Shown: positions 9,858-19,666, counted from the first letter of the stretch. The stretch is 64,000 nt of DNA from Leptospiraceae bacterium (GCA_024233835.1 JACKPC010000001.1:1605442-1669441), one strand, 5' to 3'. Notes: a model not told the origin generated them from the letters alone. A program made the numbers and translations.

Positions 9858-10528
9858 GGGTAATATTCGGTTTGAACGGAATCAGGATGTATAATAAGAG
9901 GGTAGGCACAGGAAGAAAAGTATGCAAGAATAATATCAGCATATTTTTCTTCCGTTTCTTTATATTTATGATAGAAATTCATGGACTCAACCTGTATCCA
10001 GTTTTTTAATATATAGATAGAGTTTAGATCCGATTCTTTAAATAATAAGCGGAGGAGGTAAGGATAGGCCTCTTTTTCTTTCTTAAAACTTTCTCTATCA
10101 ATAGAAAACTCAGGAAGAGAAGATAAATTTGATACTACTGATCTATTAATACTATAACGCATGATTTCTTTTTTAGGCGTAGGCTCTGCAAAAATTTCTA
10201 TATCCGGATAAATGTAGAAGTTATTTTCTTCTTCCTTATATTCCAGCTTAGAACCGAGAAGATAAGTCTCATCTTTTTCATTCATTTGTATGGGAACCGG
10301 ATAAGTATGCCTGGTTTGAAGCTCTTTTTCCTGTTCTACAAAACCTACTTCAAAACTGACTTCTGTGGGTTTATAGTTAATCTTAATTTGAAAAGTGGAA
10401 GAGATACCTGAAGGCCTGGATTTCACCTGTTCGGTGATTTTCTCGATGGCTTTGGGACTGCACTTTAGGGCTTCTGTTGCCGGGAGTATTTTTTCTCTTC
10501 TGAAAACTTTTTTTATACTTTGCATCAT
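9854..10528 (-). CDS. hypothetical protein
   Basis: Long ORF convergent with and overlapping by 4 nt the end of 9408..9857. No recognisable motifs. Confidence 0.4.
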   Translation of the reverse strand: MMQSIKKVFRREKILPATEALKCSPKAIEKITEQVKSRPSGISSTFQIKINYKPTEVSFEVGFVEQEKELQTRHTYPVPIQMNEKDETYLLGSKLEYKEEENNFYIYPDIEIFAEPTPKKEIMRYSINRSVVSNLSSLPEFSIDRESFKKEKEAYPYLLRLLFKESDLNSIYILKNWIQVESMNFYHKYKETEEKYADIILAYFSSCAYPLIIHPDSVQTEYYP

Positions 10529-10571
10529 AAATAAAATCCGGTGTATAGTTTTAAAAACTATAGAATCATAT

Positions 10572-11039
10572 ATGTATAAGGTATTTGAGTGTAAATCTAT
10601 TTTTGAGTGCGGAGTTGAGAAGCTATTTGGGTTTCATGAAAATCCGGTCGGTTTTGATACACTGGTAGGTCTGGATCCGGATGTAGAAGTTATGCAGAAG
10701 CCCAGTTCTATCTTAGAAGGAAGTTATGCGGTATTAAATGTAGAGCTATTTTTTGGAATTAAAGTAAAATGGATAGCCCGACATACGGTCTATAAGAAAA
10801 ACCAGTTGTTTGTTGATGAACAGGAACAGGGACCTTTTCGTTTTTTTCGGCATGAACACCATTTTCGAGAGTTTAAAGGAAATACGATTTTATTAGATAG
10901 GGTAATCTATCGTTTCGGACTTCCTTTTTCTTCTTTTATCATCACTCCAAAGTTAAAAAAACAATTCCTGGCCAGGCATGAAGCGACAGCCCGATTTTTA
11001 GGAGTCAAATACAGAATTCTCTCCTGCGGCTCAGTGTAA
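10572..11039 (+). CDS. SRPBCC (START/Bet v1-like, polyketide cyclase-type) family protein
   Basis: Pattern typical of the SRPBCC fold: beta strand, long helix, strands ending WxxxExxxxGPFRFFRHEHHF. I placed the start at the internal ATG (MYKVFE...) because the longer ORF (10395) overlaps the opposite-strand gene. Confidence 0.5.
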   Translation: MYKVFECKSIFECGVEKLFGFHENPVGFDTLVGLDPDVEVMQKPSSILEGSYAVLNVELFFGIKVKWIARHTVYKKNQLFVDEQEQGPFRFFRHEHHFREFKGNTILLDRVIYRFGLPFSSFIITPKLKKQFLARHEATARFLGVKYRILSCGSV

Positions 11040-12035
11040 ATTCTGGCATTCTACTACGAAACTTTTAAATAATTCTTTGGGTTTTAGCTCCACATCTAAA
11101 AGACCGAAATAGAGTTCCGGGTTGACACTGGAGTAATCTTTCGTTTTGGGAAAATCATTAAGAACCCAGAGAAAAAAGGGAATATCCCGATTGCGACAGT
11201 ATTCATACAGCTTGCGATAAATCCCGGCAATTTCAGATTCTTTCACCAGAACCCAGCGGGGACAAATACCAAATTCAGTAATCCAGACCGGTTTGTTCGT
11301 TTCATATTTTTGTAAAAATCTTTCAATCGCTTCTTTAATTTCGGGGAAATATTCTCTGTAGGATTTCCGTGAAACATAACAGGAAGGGATGTAGGGATGG
11401 AAATTATAGGCATCCACATAGGTATCAATATTCAATTCTCTACATTTTTCTAAAAAACCCATGTATTGAAAGGGCGCAAAGCGATTTATGTCATCTCCCA
11501 TAATAGCTCCCATTACAATAAAGGCTTCGGGTTGTTCTCTTTTAATTTCTACAACAGCAGTTTTGAGAAGTTGCATGTATTCTTCGGGTTCGGGTTTTCG
11601 TATCCAGAATCGAATCGTGTTTTGTTCGTTCCAGACTTCCCAGTGTGAGATAAATCGTTTATAGCGCTGCACGTTTTTTTTGCAAAAAATCTTAAATTCT
11701 TCTAATTTTGTTATAGGATCCGGGAAATTAAGAGAGGGTGCTATACTATTCACAAAGTTTCCGGGAACGAGTCCTGTCAGGAGTCCGAGTATTTTGATTT
11801 CATTTTTCTGAAGGCTTTCTATGAGATAATCTATGAGTTCCTGCTCTTCTTCCTCGAAAAAATTAAATTCGAGCCGAACCCATTCCATTCTCAAATTTAG
11901 AAGGGAATGAATATAGGTATCCACGCTTTCTTTGTTTTTGTGTTTTAAAACGAGATTAATTCCCAGACCTTTCAATTTATTATTCTGCATAGACTCCCTC
12001 CAAAACGTTCTACTGCAAAATTTATAAAACAGCAA
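11031..12035 (-). CDS. glycoside hydrolase-like TIM-barrel protein (clan GH-A-like)
   Basis: Motifs resembling GH-A catalytic strands: ISHWEVWNEQN (acid/base NEP-like) and WITEFG (nucleophile Glu). Exact family not assignable. Confidence 0.45.
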   Translation of the reverse strand: MLFYKFCSRTFWRESMQNNKLKGLGINLVLKHKNKESVDTYIHSLLNLRMEWVRLEFNFFEEEEQELIDYLIESLQKNEIKILGLLTGLVPGNFVNSIAPSLNFPDPITKLEEFKIFCKKNVQRYKRFISHWEVWNEQNTIRFWIRKPEPEEYMQLLKTAVVEIKREQPEAFIVMGAIMGDDINRFAPFQYMGFLEKCRELNIDTYVDAYNFHPYIPSCYVSRKSYREYFPEIKEAIERFLQKYETNKPVWITEFGICPRWVLVKESEIAGIYRKLYEYCRNRDIPFFLWVLNDFPKTKDYSSVNPELYFGLLDVELKPKELFKSFVVECQNLH

Positions 12036-12217
12036 AAACTATCCAGTTCTTTTTATTTGTGTTGTGGGGAATGCAGATGTGAAGAACTAAGAATCGGCTA
12101 AATATTTGTTTTGTATTAAAAAAAAAGCCCTGAACTTCATTTTTCTCTTTTAAAGAGTAGACTTATACTTTCCAGATTACGATCATTTAAATAACAAAAC
12201 TAATTTCAAATGGAAGA

Positions 12218-13048
12218 TTGACTATGAAAAAGATTCTTTTGATATGCTTACTCTTATTCACAGGTTTTCTTTGGGCTGAGTCGGAAGGTCCGGGAGAGGT
12301 GCAAACCAATACCGGTGGGGCCACGGCTTCTGCTGGAAAGAATGCAAATGTGATAGAATCTGAAAAAATCCTGAACGAGCTGCTCCTGGACATAAATAAG
12401 AGCTTTCAACAACACTCAAAAGTTATGGTTATGAAATTGCGTGTATTACCCCGCAATGTTATGATCTATAAAGGTAAGGCCGAAGGTGATTCCTGCAAGA
12501 AAAATGAAGAAAACCAGGAAGATAAATCCAACAACTGTGTGGTCTTAGAATATTTTGATTTCGTGGATGTTGAATTTGGTCCTGCTAAAGGAATTCGCAG
12601 TAAAGCAATTTCTATTTTTTATGATGGAAGTGCAGGGGGAGATGATCCTAAAGCAGAGCAACCCAGAACTGTGACTAAAATAAAAAGTAAGATCAAGGTA
12701 GACAATTTTGAAAAATTAGATAAAAAACTTGTAGAAATTGTAGACAATGCACCTGTTTCAGGTCCTAATCATGATGACCAGATTACGGTTTTTCTACAAA
12801 ACGACGATAACCCTCCACACGGAACTGTAGAAACTCCTCAAAATAAAGGTCTTGGACAGTATAAAGTTTCCAGCATTGAAAATAGCCAGACCAGTCCTAC
12901 CCGTAATAAATTCAAAAGAGATGCTTACTTAAAACACCTGAGATATTTCGAGAGGCTTTTCAGTAAAATATATTTCTATAACGAACAATATGGAAATGAT
13001 TCTGCTAAGAAGCACGGAAATTTCATGAAGACAAGCTTAAGCTATTAA
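12218..13048 (+). CDS. hypothetical lipoprotein/secreted protein
   Basis: Signal peptide (MKKILLICLLLFTGFLWA). Hydrophilic body, no motif. Confidence 0.45.
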   Translation: MTMKKILLICLLLFTGFLWAESEGPGEVQTNTGGATASAGKNANVIESEKILNELLLDINKSFQQHSKVMVMKLRVLPRNVMIYKGKAEGDSCKKNEENQEDKSNNCVVLEYFDFVDVEFGPAKGIRSKAISIFYDGSAGGDDPKAEQPRTVTKIKSKIKVDNFEKLDKKLVEIVDNAPVSGPNHDDQITVFLQNDDNPPHGTVETPQNKGLGQYKVSSIENSQTSPTRNKFKRDAYLKHLRYFERLFSKIYFYNEQYGNDSAKKHGNFMKTSLSY

Positions 13049-13084
13049 AATATAAATTGAAGCCAGTAAAAAGATGAAGTTTGT

Positions 13085-13114
13085 AAGCGAACCATTGGTG
13101 TTGGTGGTTCGCTT
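13085..13114. repeat. perfect palindrome AAGCGAACCA-N10-TGGTTCGCTT (hairpin, likely bidirectional terminator; member of GTARGCGAR element family)
   Basis: Seen directly. Lies between convergent genes 12218..13048(+) and flbB(-). Confidence 0.45.
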
Positions 13115-13159
13115 GCTTTCCAGAAAGACTGTAATTTGCTGCTTACTGTCGGTGGCGGC

Positions 13160-13792
13160 TTATTCAGAGTTATAATTATCCGGGATAATAATGGGGACCT
13201 TATTCGCATCACTATCCAGCCACTTATTGGCTAAAACAGAACGCCTTGCCGGTTCAAACAAAGTGAGAAGGTAGGTCGTAATGGTTTGCCTTCCTTCTTC
13301 TTCAGCGTTTTTATCCATCTGTTTAAAAACTTCAATAATATCGGTATCCGGCCAGTTTACCAGCATTTCTACAGCTTTTGCGGGAGGCATACTGGAAACT
13401 TTTTGAGCGATAATTCTAATCTGTTCTTCACGGGTTTCGGATTCTTTTTCCTGCTCTTTCAGTCGTTTTTCTTTTACTCGAATATTATTTTTTAACTGTT
13501 CCAGCTCTTCTCTCTGGGCTTTTAGTTTACCTTTTTCCTGATCCAGTTCTTTACGAATAAGTTCGAGTTCTTCTCTCTCCTCTTTGAGCTTTTCTTCCTT
13601 CTTCTGGAATTCGATTTTTTCCATTTCAGTTGGAGATTCTTTATCCCACTGAACCACGGCAGGCTTTTTTGCCAGGATGGGGAAAATCTCATCAGCTTCA
13701 ATAAACTGGTAATAATCAAATAAGAAAAAACCAATCACAAGTAAGAAGAAGATGAGGAGAACCAAATAAAATATTCTGGACTTTTCTGTCAT
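13160..13792 (-). CDS. flbB: flagellar protein FlbB (spirochaete-specific, MgtE-N-like periplasmic domain)
   Basis: Single N-terminal TM helix, long charged coiled coil (EEKLKEEREELELIRKELDQEKGKLKAQREELEQLK), C-terminal globular part. Located immediately downstream of fliI-fliJ as in spirochaete fla operons. Confidence 0.6.
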   Translation of the reverse strand: MTEKSRIFYLVLLIFFLLVIGFFLFDYYQFIEADEIFPILAKKPAVVQWDKESPTEMEKIEFQKKEEKLKEEREELELIRKELDQEKGKLKAQREELEQLKNNIRVKEKRLKEQEKESETREEQIRIIAQKVSSMPPAKAVEMLVNWPDTDIIEVFKQMDKNAEEEGRQTITTYLLTLFEPARRSVLANKWLDSDANKVPIIIPDNYNSE

Positions 13793-13793
13793 A

Positions 13794-14027
13794 TCAACCG
13801 GCTTCCTTTACTCTCACTCTTTTCTCAAAAGGAGGGTTTTGAATCGTTTTGTTTAACCTATAAATAATTTCCTGTAAATCGTTCACCTTATGGCTTAAAT
13901 TAATTAAGCAATGGTTCAATTTGAGTTCTGATATCTCTTTTTCTCCCCAGGCCGGTAGAATGGAATAGTCTTCCGGCTTACCTGCGTTTTCGTTGACTTG
14001 ATTTGATGAAGTCCTGGAGGATGTCAT
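13794..14027 (-). CDS. small hypothetical ORF between fliJ and flbB (uncertain)
   Basis: Track ORF 13794..14174 overlaps the fliJ 3' end in another frame. An internal ATG at 14027 would give a 77-aa product overlapping fliJ by ~50 nt. No motif; may be spurious. Confidence 0.2.
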   Translation of the reverse strand: MTSSRTSSNQVNENAGKPEDYSILPAWGEKEISELKLNHCLINLSHKVNDLQEIIYRLNKTIQNPPFEKRVRVKEAG

Positions 14028-14571
14028 AGTTGGTTTTTTTGTTTTCTGAGAGAAGTTCCACCTCATCTTCCTCTTCGAGGAAAGAATCGATTGAACCAGT
14101 GCGCTTTTCTTTACCATCTTCAATTTCCTTAACATGTGACTTTTGAATAAATCCATTAATTTCTTCTTCTTCATATCGTTCGAGCTTTCGAAGTCTGTCG
14201 AGAAATTCTTCTTCTCTTTTCTTTTTGATAGTTTCGATGACTTCTTTATCTTTTTTGGCTTCTACTACCCTTGATCTGGCTTCCTGTAGATGATCCTGCT
14301 CTTCTTCTATATATCGTTTTAATTCGTCATTTTTTAAATACAGGCCCTTGATATAGTTTCCAAACATTCGAAAATATCTGAGATTTTCTCCGGTCACTAC
14401 TTTTGATTCATAGGTTCGAATTTCACGATTAATGTTATTATTATTCGAATCAATTTCATTCTGGAGTTTATTAATTTTCCCGACTACCTGTGCGAGTTCT
14501 GATAATTCTTTCTCTACACGGGTTTCTCGTAGTTTTAGGACTGATTCCAGGTGAAATTTAAATTTCTTCAT
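13978..14571 (-). CDS. fliJ: flagellar export chaperone FliJ-like coiled-coil protein
   Basis: Highly charged coiled coil. Starts 9 nt after the fliI stop in the canonical fliI-fliJ order. Confidence 0.6.
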   Translation of the reverse strand: MKKFKFHLESVLKLRETRVEKELSELAQVVGKINKLQNEIDSNNNNINREIRTYESKVVTGENLRYFRMFGNYIKGLYLKNDELKRYIEEEQDHLQEARSRVVEAKKDKEVIETIKKKREEEFLDRLRKLERYEEEEINGFIQKSHVKEIEDGKEKRTGSIDSFLEEEDEVELLSENKKTNYDILQDFIKSSQRKRR

Positions 14572-14579
14572 ATACAGTA

Positions 14580-15947
14580 TTAATAGTACTCTTCGGTTTC
14601 AATATTGCTCTGGAAAATATCTTTTAAACTGGCCAGGGTTTTTCCAAAAGAAGATTTCTCATCAAGATGTTGTTTTAGAAAATTATCAATCAATTCTTTT
14701 TTATCGATTGCCATATCCACTTTGGAATCAGAGCCTTTGACATAGGCATTGAGTCGAATGAGATCCTCGGCGGACTTGTAGGTAGAAATTAATTCTCGAA
14801 TAAAGCCTGCATACATATTCTGTTCTTCCGAGACGATTTTAGGCATTACCCTCGAAATAGAACCCGGAACATCGACAGCCGGATAATGGTTTTTTTCTGC
14901 CAGAACCCTGGAAAGAACGATATGTCCATCAATAAACCCTCTGACCGCATCGGCTATCGGGTCATTCATTTCATCCGGTTCGGTCAGCACTGTATAAAAC
15001 CCGGTAATGCTCCCTCCGTTTTTAGAGGTTCCGGAACGTTCAATTAAACGGGAAAGCTTGGTGAAGACACTGGCTGAATAACCTCTGGTGATGGCCGGTT
15101 CACCAAAAGAAACTGCTATTTCCCTGGCTGCCTGTGCAAAACGGGTGAGTGAGTCCATCATAAGGTTTACATGCAGACCTTTTTCTCGAAAATACTCAGC
15201 TGCACTGGTGGCAAGCATGGCACAGTTTATCTGTTGCATTTTAGAGGAATCGGAAGTGGCCACAAAAACAACGGTTTTTACCATGGACTCAAGCCCCAGC
15301 TCGTTCTCCAGGAATTCGTTTACTTCCCGACCCCTTTCTCCAACGAGGGCTATCACGTTAACATCTGCGTTTGTGTAACGGGCAATCATACCCAGGAGAG
15401 TTGACTTACCCACACCGGAACCGGAAAAAATACCGAGTCTTTGTCCCCTACCTACTGTTAAGAGTCCATCAATGGCTCGTACTCCCGTGATAACCTTTTC
15501 CTTGATAACCGGTCTATCCAGGGGGTTAGGGGGTTCATTATCTGGAAGAACTTCCGTTTCACTGAGAATTAAACCCTTACCATCGATAGGTTTGCCATTT
15601 CCATCCAGAACTCTTCCTAAAAGCTGGTTTCCTACAGGGAGAAGTAACTTCCTGCCGGAAGAAAAAACGAAGGCACTCGGAAAAATTCCATCGAGGTCAC
15701 CTAAGGGCATTAAGGCATAGCGATGGGCCTTGAAGCCTACTACCTGACACTGCAAATAGCCTCTACCTTCGGATTTCTCTACATCCATGATTTCACCTAC
15801 CCTTGAATCCGGTGGTCCTTCTGAATAAATGACGTTTCCCACAACTTCCACCACCTGTCCGCTTTTCCGGATGGTTTCTGTTTTATTGAGAATCATGAGA
15901 TATTTGGAAATAATATCTACTTTTTCGTTAAACTTTTTTTCTATCAT
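14580..15947 (-). CDS. fliI: flagellum-specific ATP synthase FliI
   Basis: Walker A GSGVGKST, Walker B LMMDSLTR. Overall F1/T3SS-ATPase architecture. ~455 aa. Confidence 0.9.
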   Translation of the reverse strand: MIEKKFNEKVDIISKYLMILNKTETIRKSGQVVEVVGNVIYSEGPPDSRVGEIMDVEKSEGRGYLQCQVVGFKAHRYALMPLGDLDGIFPSAFVFSSGRKLLLPVGNQLLGRVLDGNGKPIDGKGLILSETEVLPDNEPPNPLDRPVIKEKVITGVRAIDGLLTVGRGQRLGIFSGSGVGKSTLLGMIARYTNADVNVIALVGERGREVNEFLENELGLESMVKTVVFVATSDSSKMQQINCAMLATSAAEYFREKGLHVNLMMDSLTRFAQAAREIAVSFGEPAITRGYSASVFTKLSRLIERSGTSKNGGSITGFYTVLTEPDEMNDPIADAVRGFIDGHIVLSRVLAEKNHYPAVDVPGSISRVMPKIVSEEQNMYAGFIRELISTYKSAEDLIRLNAYVKGSDSKVDMAIDKKELIDNFLKQHLDEKSSFGKTLASLKDIFQSNIETEEYY

Positions 15948-16046
15948 GGATACGAGTTTAGTATAAAACCCCTTTCTAATAATGTCAATATCTAAGCTAT
16001 TTTTTGCAATAAAATTAGAAAAAGATTTTTTATATTATGTCTTATA

Positions 16047-16074
16047 GTAGGCGAGCCATCGGTGGTTCGCTTAC
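16047..16074. repeat. imperfect palindrome GTAGGCGAGCCA-tcgg-TGGTTCGCTTAC (G-U tolerant hairpin; GTARGCGAR element family)
   Basis: Seen directly in the 240-nt gap upstream of fliI. Right arm identical to the 13105..13114 arm. Confidence 0.4.
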
Positions 16075-16189
16075 TTCTTTGGATAAATGTATTTGCAATC
16101 AGGAATTGTACAAGCTTTTTTTTCTCGAAACTATATTTTTCAAAAATTTAAACTCTCTGTGAGCCATAGATAGCCCCTGATTTTAATAT

Positions 16190-17032
16190 TTACTTGTTTT
16201 CTATATAAGTATCAATTAATTCAAGAAATTTTTCCGGAGCACGAACCGGTCGGGATCGGGATAAGGAAACAAATAATTGTTCATCTCTCATAGATAAAAG
16301 GAGATTACCTTCCGTATCTTCAACATCTTGACGAAAATAGAATCGAATTTTATCGACGAGTTCAATCCAGGAAAAAAGTTTAATCAGAGAACCGGGTTCA
16401 GGTATTTTAAAATACTGAATTTGTCCTCCCATGAAAAAGGTAGTAGTTCCGAGAGATTGAATATTCGATATGCCTATTACTTCATTAAAAAATAAAAAAC
16501 GTCCTTCTTCAAAAACTTTCCAGATAGCTGAAGGAGGGTAAGTCCAGAAGAAATTCATATCACTGAACTTTAAATGGAAGGTATGTTCTAAACGCGAAGA
16601 AGTACCGGAAAAAAGATGGATCTTGTTTTCAAATTGTTGTTCATTATCTTCTAAATTAGACTTTTCTAAAGAAATTGGATTCCCCGAACTATTGACGAGC
16701 TTGTCCTTATGCTTTAAGGTACAGCAGAGTTTATCGCTGTTTCCGATTATTTCGTGATTCCAGAAAATTTTACCACCGGAATAAAACTCTGCATCTGTAT
16801 TTACTTTTAAAGTAACTTCTGAAAACTGCTGGTCCAAAAAACGAACTTCGGTGAATAAGGGAATTAATTGTATGTTTTCTTCAATACATTTCTCCACCGG
16901 ATAAGCAAGGTCTGCTAAAATTTTATATCGACTCTCTAAACTAAAATTTTCATAGGTTCGGCTTGTGATATGCCTATTCCAATCCAATTCAAAAATCCTG
17001 GTTTGCAGATCGATTTGTTTTTGTAGTCTCAT
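16190..17032 (-). CDS. hypothetical protein (not FliH-like)
   Basis: 280-aa ORF upstream of fliI. No coiled coil and no FliH C-domain. Possibly a double hot-dog thioesterase-like fold, but unsupported. Confidence 0.4.
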   Translation of the reverse strand: MRLQKQIDLQTRIFELDWNRHITSRTYENFSLESRYKILADLAYPVEKCIEENIQLIPLFTEVRFLDQQFSEVTLKVNTDAEFYSGGKIFWNHEIIGNSDKLCCTLKHKDKLVNSSGNPISLEKSNLEDNEQQFENKIHLFSGTSSRLEHTFHLKFSDMNFFWTYPPSAIWKVFEEGRFLFFNEVIGISNIQSLGTTTFFMGGQIQYFKIPEPGSLIKLFSWIELVDKIRFYFRQDVEDTEGNLLLSMRDEQLFVSLSRSRPVRAPEKFLELIDTYIENK

Positions 17033-17036
17033 GGTT

Positions 17037-17429
17037 TTACTTGATTGACTTCTCTTTTATTGGAAAAATTTGTGATATATACTTATAATCTCTATCTATA
17101 TGTAAAATACTCAGGTTATGTTTTTTGGCACAGGCAGAAATGATACAATCAACAGAGTTTCTTACCGGTAAACCGCTTCTTTTACATAGTCTAAAAATGT
17201 GGATTGCTTCCTCTATAAGTTCCTCACTCAAAGGTGACTCAACCATTTTAAATTGTTTGAAGTAGGTCTTCACTTTTTGGAAAGCTTTTTCATCCCGTAT
17301 ACCCTGTAAAACTTCCATATAGATAGGAGGACAGATGTGGATATCTTCAAGGTTGACTATCGTCTTAAGATCGAGCCTTGTGTCAAAACGAAAAAATTCG
17401 ATCCAGATAGAAGTATCAAGTATAACCAT
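17037..17429 (-). CDS. vapC: type II toxin VapC (PIN-domain ribonuclease)
   Basis: Starts MVILDTSIWIEF (PIN Asp1). Conserved acidic residues further on (E, D...DCIISACA), C-terminal D. 130 aa. Confidence 0.8.
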   Translation of the reverse strand: MVILDTSIWIEFFRFDTRLDLKTIVNLEDIHICPPIYMEVLQGIRDEKAFQKVKTYFKQFKMVESPLSEELIEEAIHIFRLCKRSGLPVRNSVDCIISACAKKHNLSILHIDRDYKYISQIFPIKEKSIK

Positions 17430-17701
17430 TATTTCTTTTTCTTTCCTTTATCTTTCCCTATTTTTTTCTTGGAATCTTTTCTCATAGAAGACAGGTTTCC
17501 TTCCCAGATGCCACTACCCTGAAATTCTATAATTCCATCCAGAGAGTGAACTCGAATAAATTCTTCCAGTGCTTCATTCACTGTTGCTGAATAAGTTTTA
17601 TGAGAAGATAGTTGTAAAGCTTTTTCTAAAAGTTCTTCATCTAATACCAGATTTTTTCGTTTCATATTATATAATATCGGTAAAAAACTCCTGTTTGACA
17701 A
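17429..17701 (-). CDS. vapB: type II antitoxin VapB-like (DUF2191-type)
   Basis: 90-aa ORF whose stop overlaps the vapC start by 1 nt. NLVLDEELLEKA motif typical of this antitoxin family. Lys-rich tail. Confidence 0.6.
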   Translation of the reverse strand: MSNRSFLPILYNMKRKNLVLDEELLEKALQLSSHKTYSATVNEALEEFIRVHSLDGIIEFQGSGIWEGNLSSMRKDSKKKIGKDKGKKKK

Positions 17702-17704
17702 TAA

Positions 17705-19543
17705 TTATAAGGTTTTTATCCAATCTAAAGCATCAGTAGCGATTTGCTGAACAGTAGGTGGGTGAATAATGATTCCTAAATGTCCCTGAGGATAGCTTCG
17801 TATTTTTCTATTTTCAGATACAACCAGGTCGTTCCCGGCTATTACTGTGTCAGGAGGTGCAATCGTATCTTCTTCACCTACTATAGTAAATAGAGGTAAG
17901 GAGAAGTTAATCTGGTCTTCGGTATAATTAATTTTTTTATCGAAAGAATAAAATCCCACACCTTCAATTTGGGCTTTTAAGAATTGAGTTATACTCATCA
18001 AGGATTCTTTACAAAATATATCTTCGAGGGTAAGATACCATTCCGGAGAAGTTATTTGCCTGTAGCCTACGAAGTCTCTTAAGGTTAGAAGTTTTTTTCC
18101 GAGTGTAAAAGTTAAACCTTTCACCCCGGTAAGGCTATGTAAAAATTGAAATAGTTGATTTAAACTGATAGTAGGTACAGCCGTAGAGAGTGCAGCCGAG
18201 GTGGTTCTGATGATAGCTTCTGCTACAAAGTTTTTGCCCAGAGTGCGAATTAAACCTTTTAGTAAATTAAAACCCGGTAGCCTTGACTCCACATTTACAT
18301 AGGTTGGAGAGGTAATGGTAATAACGCCTTTAATTAGTTGAAAAGGATCCGGGAAAGGTCCCGGAAGTTGTTGCTCTAATATTTTTTTATAGGAACCTGT
18401 ATAGAATCGAGGAATCATCCCTCCCATGCTATGTCCGATAATTACAAAACGAGCATTGGGATACTGGGTTTTAAGCCAGTCCAGGGTAATCGGAAAGTCT
18501 TCCATTATATAGTCATCGACATTCCAGTCCTCCCGTGATGACTCCGGCATAGTGCATTTAGAGCGGCCTCTTAAATCCATAGTAAATGTAGTGTAACGAT
18601 ATCGAAAAGCCATCTCACGGGCAAGAATGCTCATTAAGCCCCGGTTACAGAAAAAACCCGGTATCATTAAAAGGATGGTGTTTTTATTCGCAGGCTTTTC
18701 CGGCAAATAGCGCTTGAGGCTAACAGCGAAACCTTTTCGCGTGGGTATTACAAAATTTGTATCCGTACGAAACTTACAGGCGTAGCGATACGAGTATCCA
18801 ACAACGGTTCTTGGTGGACAGGTGGAATAGGGTATATCAATAGAAAATACTTTTTCGTATCGGGAATAAATATCAATGTTTTCAATGGTTCTGGCTATAT
18901 CACGGGGTTCGGAGCCTGCACTGTTTTCTACTTCGAGAATAGTTGAAATAGCTTTATGGACAGAACTTAATCTTTCGGTTAATTCTTTTCTTTCTTCGCG
19001 ATTCAGGCGAAATGCGGAAACTCCCCAAAGAATGCCGAGAACCTGCTTACCGGTGGTGATGGCAAGTCCGGTAGCTGTTTTCATAAAAGGACGTATGAAA
19101 GGTAAAAGGTGTGCGGGAAGACCTTCTCTATTTTCCAGATCTACAAATTCAATTATAGTTGAATCATCATCATTTAATAAAGCAAGACTGGCCGTATGCA
19201 GAATATGAGCAGAAATATTCCCTTTTTCATCAACAGAGGCTTTCTGAGCAGTATCTAATACTTGTTTTAAATAGCCGGGTGTATTTCCCTTTGCCATTCT
19301 AAGCATGGCCCGCCTGTTTACAAGAGATACAATTTGGAGATTCCGTCCGGAAAATAATTCAAAAAGTGTATAAGTATAATAGTATTTTCCATCAACAGAT
19401 TGCACCCTGGCTAATAAATTGGTAAAAGCATGCCAGAGAGCTTTTATAAAGTTGATAGTATCTTGTCGGGGAGAATTGAGGTATATTTCCTCCTCTTCGG
19501 GAAGGAATTTTGTTTCCGAAAGAAGTAAGTTTTTTTTATCCAT
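17705..19543 (-). CDS. alpha/beta-hydrolase fold protein with ~280-aa N-terminal (GAF-like?) domain
   Basis: Nucleophile elbow GHSMGG, downstream Asp/His candidates, oxyanion-type segment LLMIPGFF. Identity of the N-terminal domain is uncertain. Confidence 0.6.
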   Translation of the reverse strand: MDKKNLLLSETKFLPEEEEIYLNSPRQDTINFIKALWHAFTNLLARVQSVDGKYYYTYTLFELFSGRNLQIVSLVNRRAMLRMAKGNTPGYLKQVLDTAQKASVDEKGNISAHILHTASLALLNDDDSTIIEFVDLENREGLPAHLLPFIRPFMKTATGLAITTGKQVLGILWGVSAFRLNREERKELTERLSSVHKAISTILEVENSAGSEPRDIARTIENIDIYSRYEKVFSIDIPYSTCPPRTVVGYSYRYACKFRTDTNFVIPTRKGFAVSLKRYLPEKPANKNTILLMIPGFFCNRGLMSILAREMAFRYRYTTFTMDLRGRSKCTMPESSREDWNVDDYIMEDFPITLDWLKTQYPNARFVIIGHSMGGMIPRFYTGSYKKILEQQLPGPFPDPFQLIKGVITITSPTYVNVESRLPGFNLLKGLIRTLGKNFVAEAIIRTTSAALSTAVPTISLNQLFQFLHSLTGVKGLTFTLGKKLLTLRDFVGYRQITSPEWYLTLEDIFCKESLMSITQFLKAQIEGVGFYSFDKKINYTEDQINFSLPLFTIVGEEDTIAPPDTVIAGNDLVVSENRKIRSYPQGHLGIIIHPPTVQQIATDALDWIKTL

Positions 19544-19666
19544 TACAATCTCCTCACTTTGCCAGACAGTAAAAGTATTCTTTCGGCTCTTAAAATGTCA
19601 ACAGGGTTTTTGATTGCTTTTTATAGTTTTACTCATACAGAAAGAGTTTGATTGAAAAGTTTTTTT

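Noticed and set aside
10395-10571. 5' extension of ORF 10395..11039 overlapping the opposite-strand gene 9854..10528
   Set aside because: The SRPBCC-like domain begins at the internal ATG 10572. The upstream 59 codons are low-complexity and overlap the minus-strand gene, so they were treated as a non-coding read-through of the ORF finder.
15088-15720. Three plus-strand ORFs (96, 77, 82 aa)
   Set aside because: Antisense to fliI, whose Walker motifs and conservation are unambiguous. The products are low-complexity Ser/Pro/Arg-rich, as expected from antisense of a GC-richer gene.
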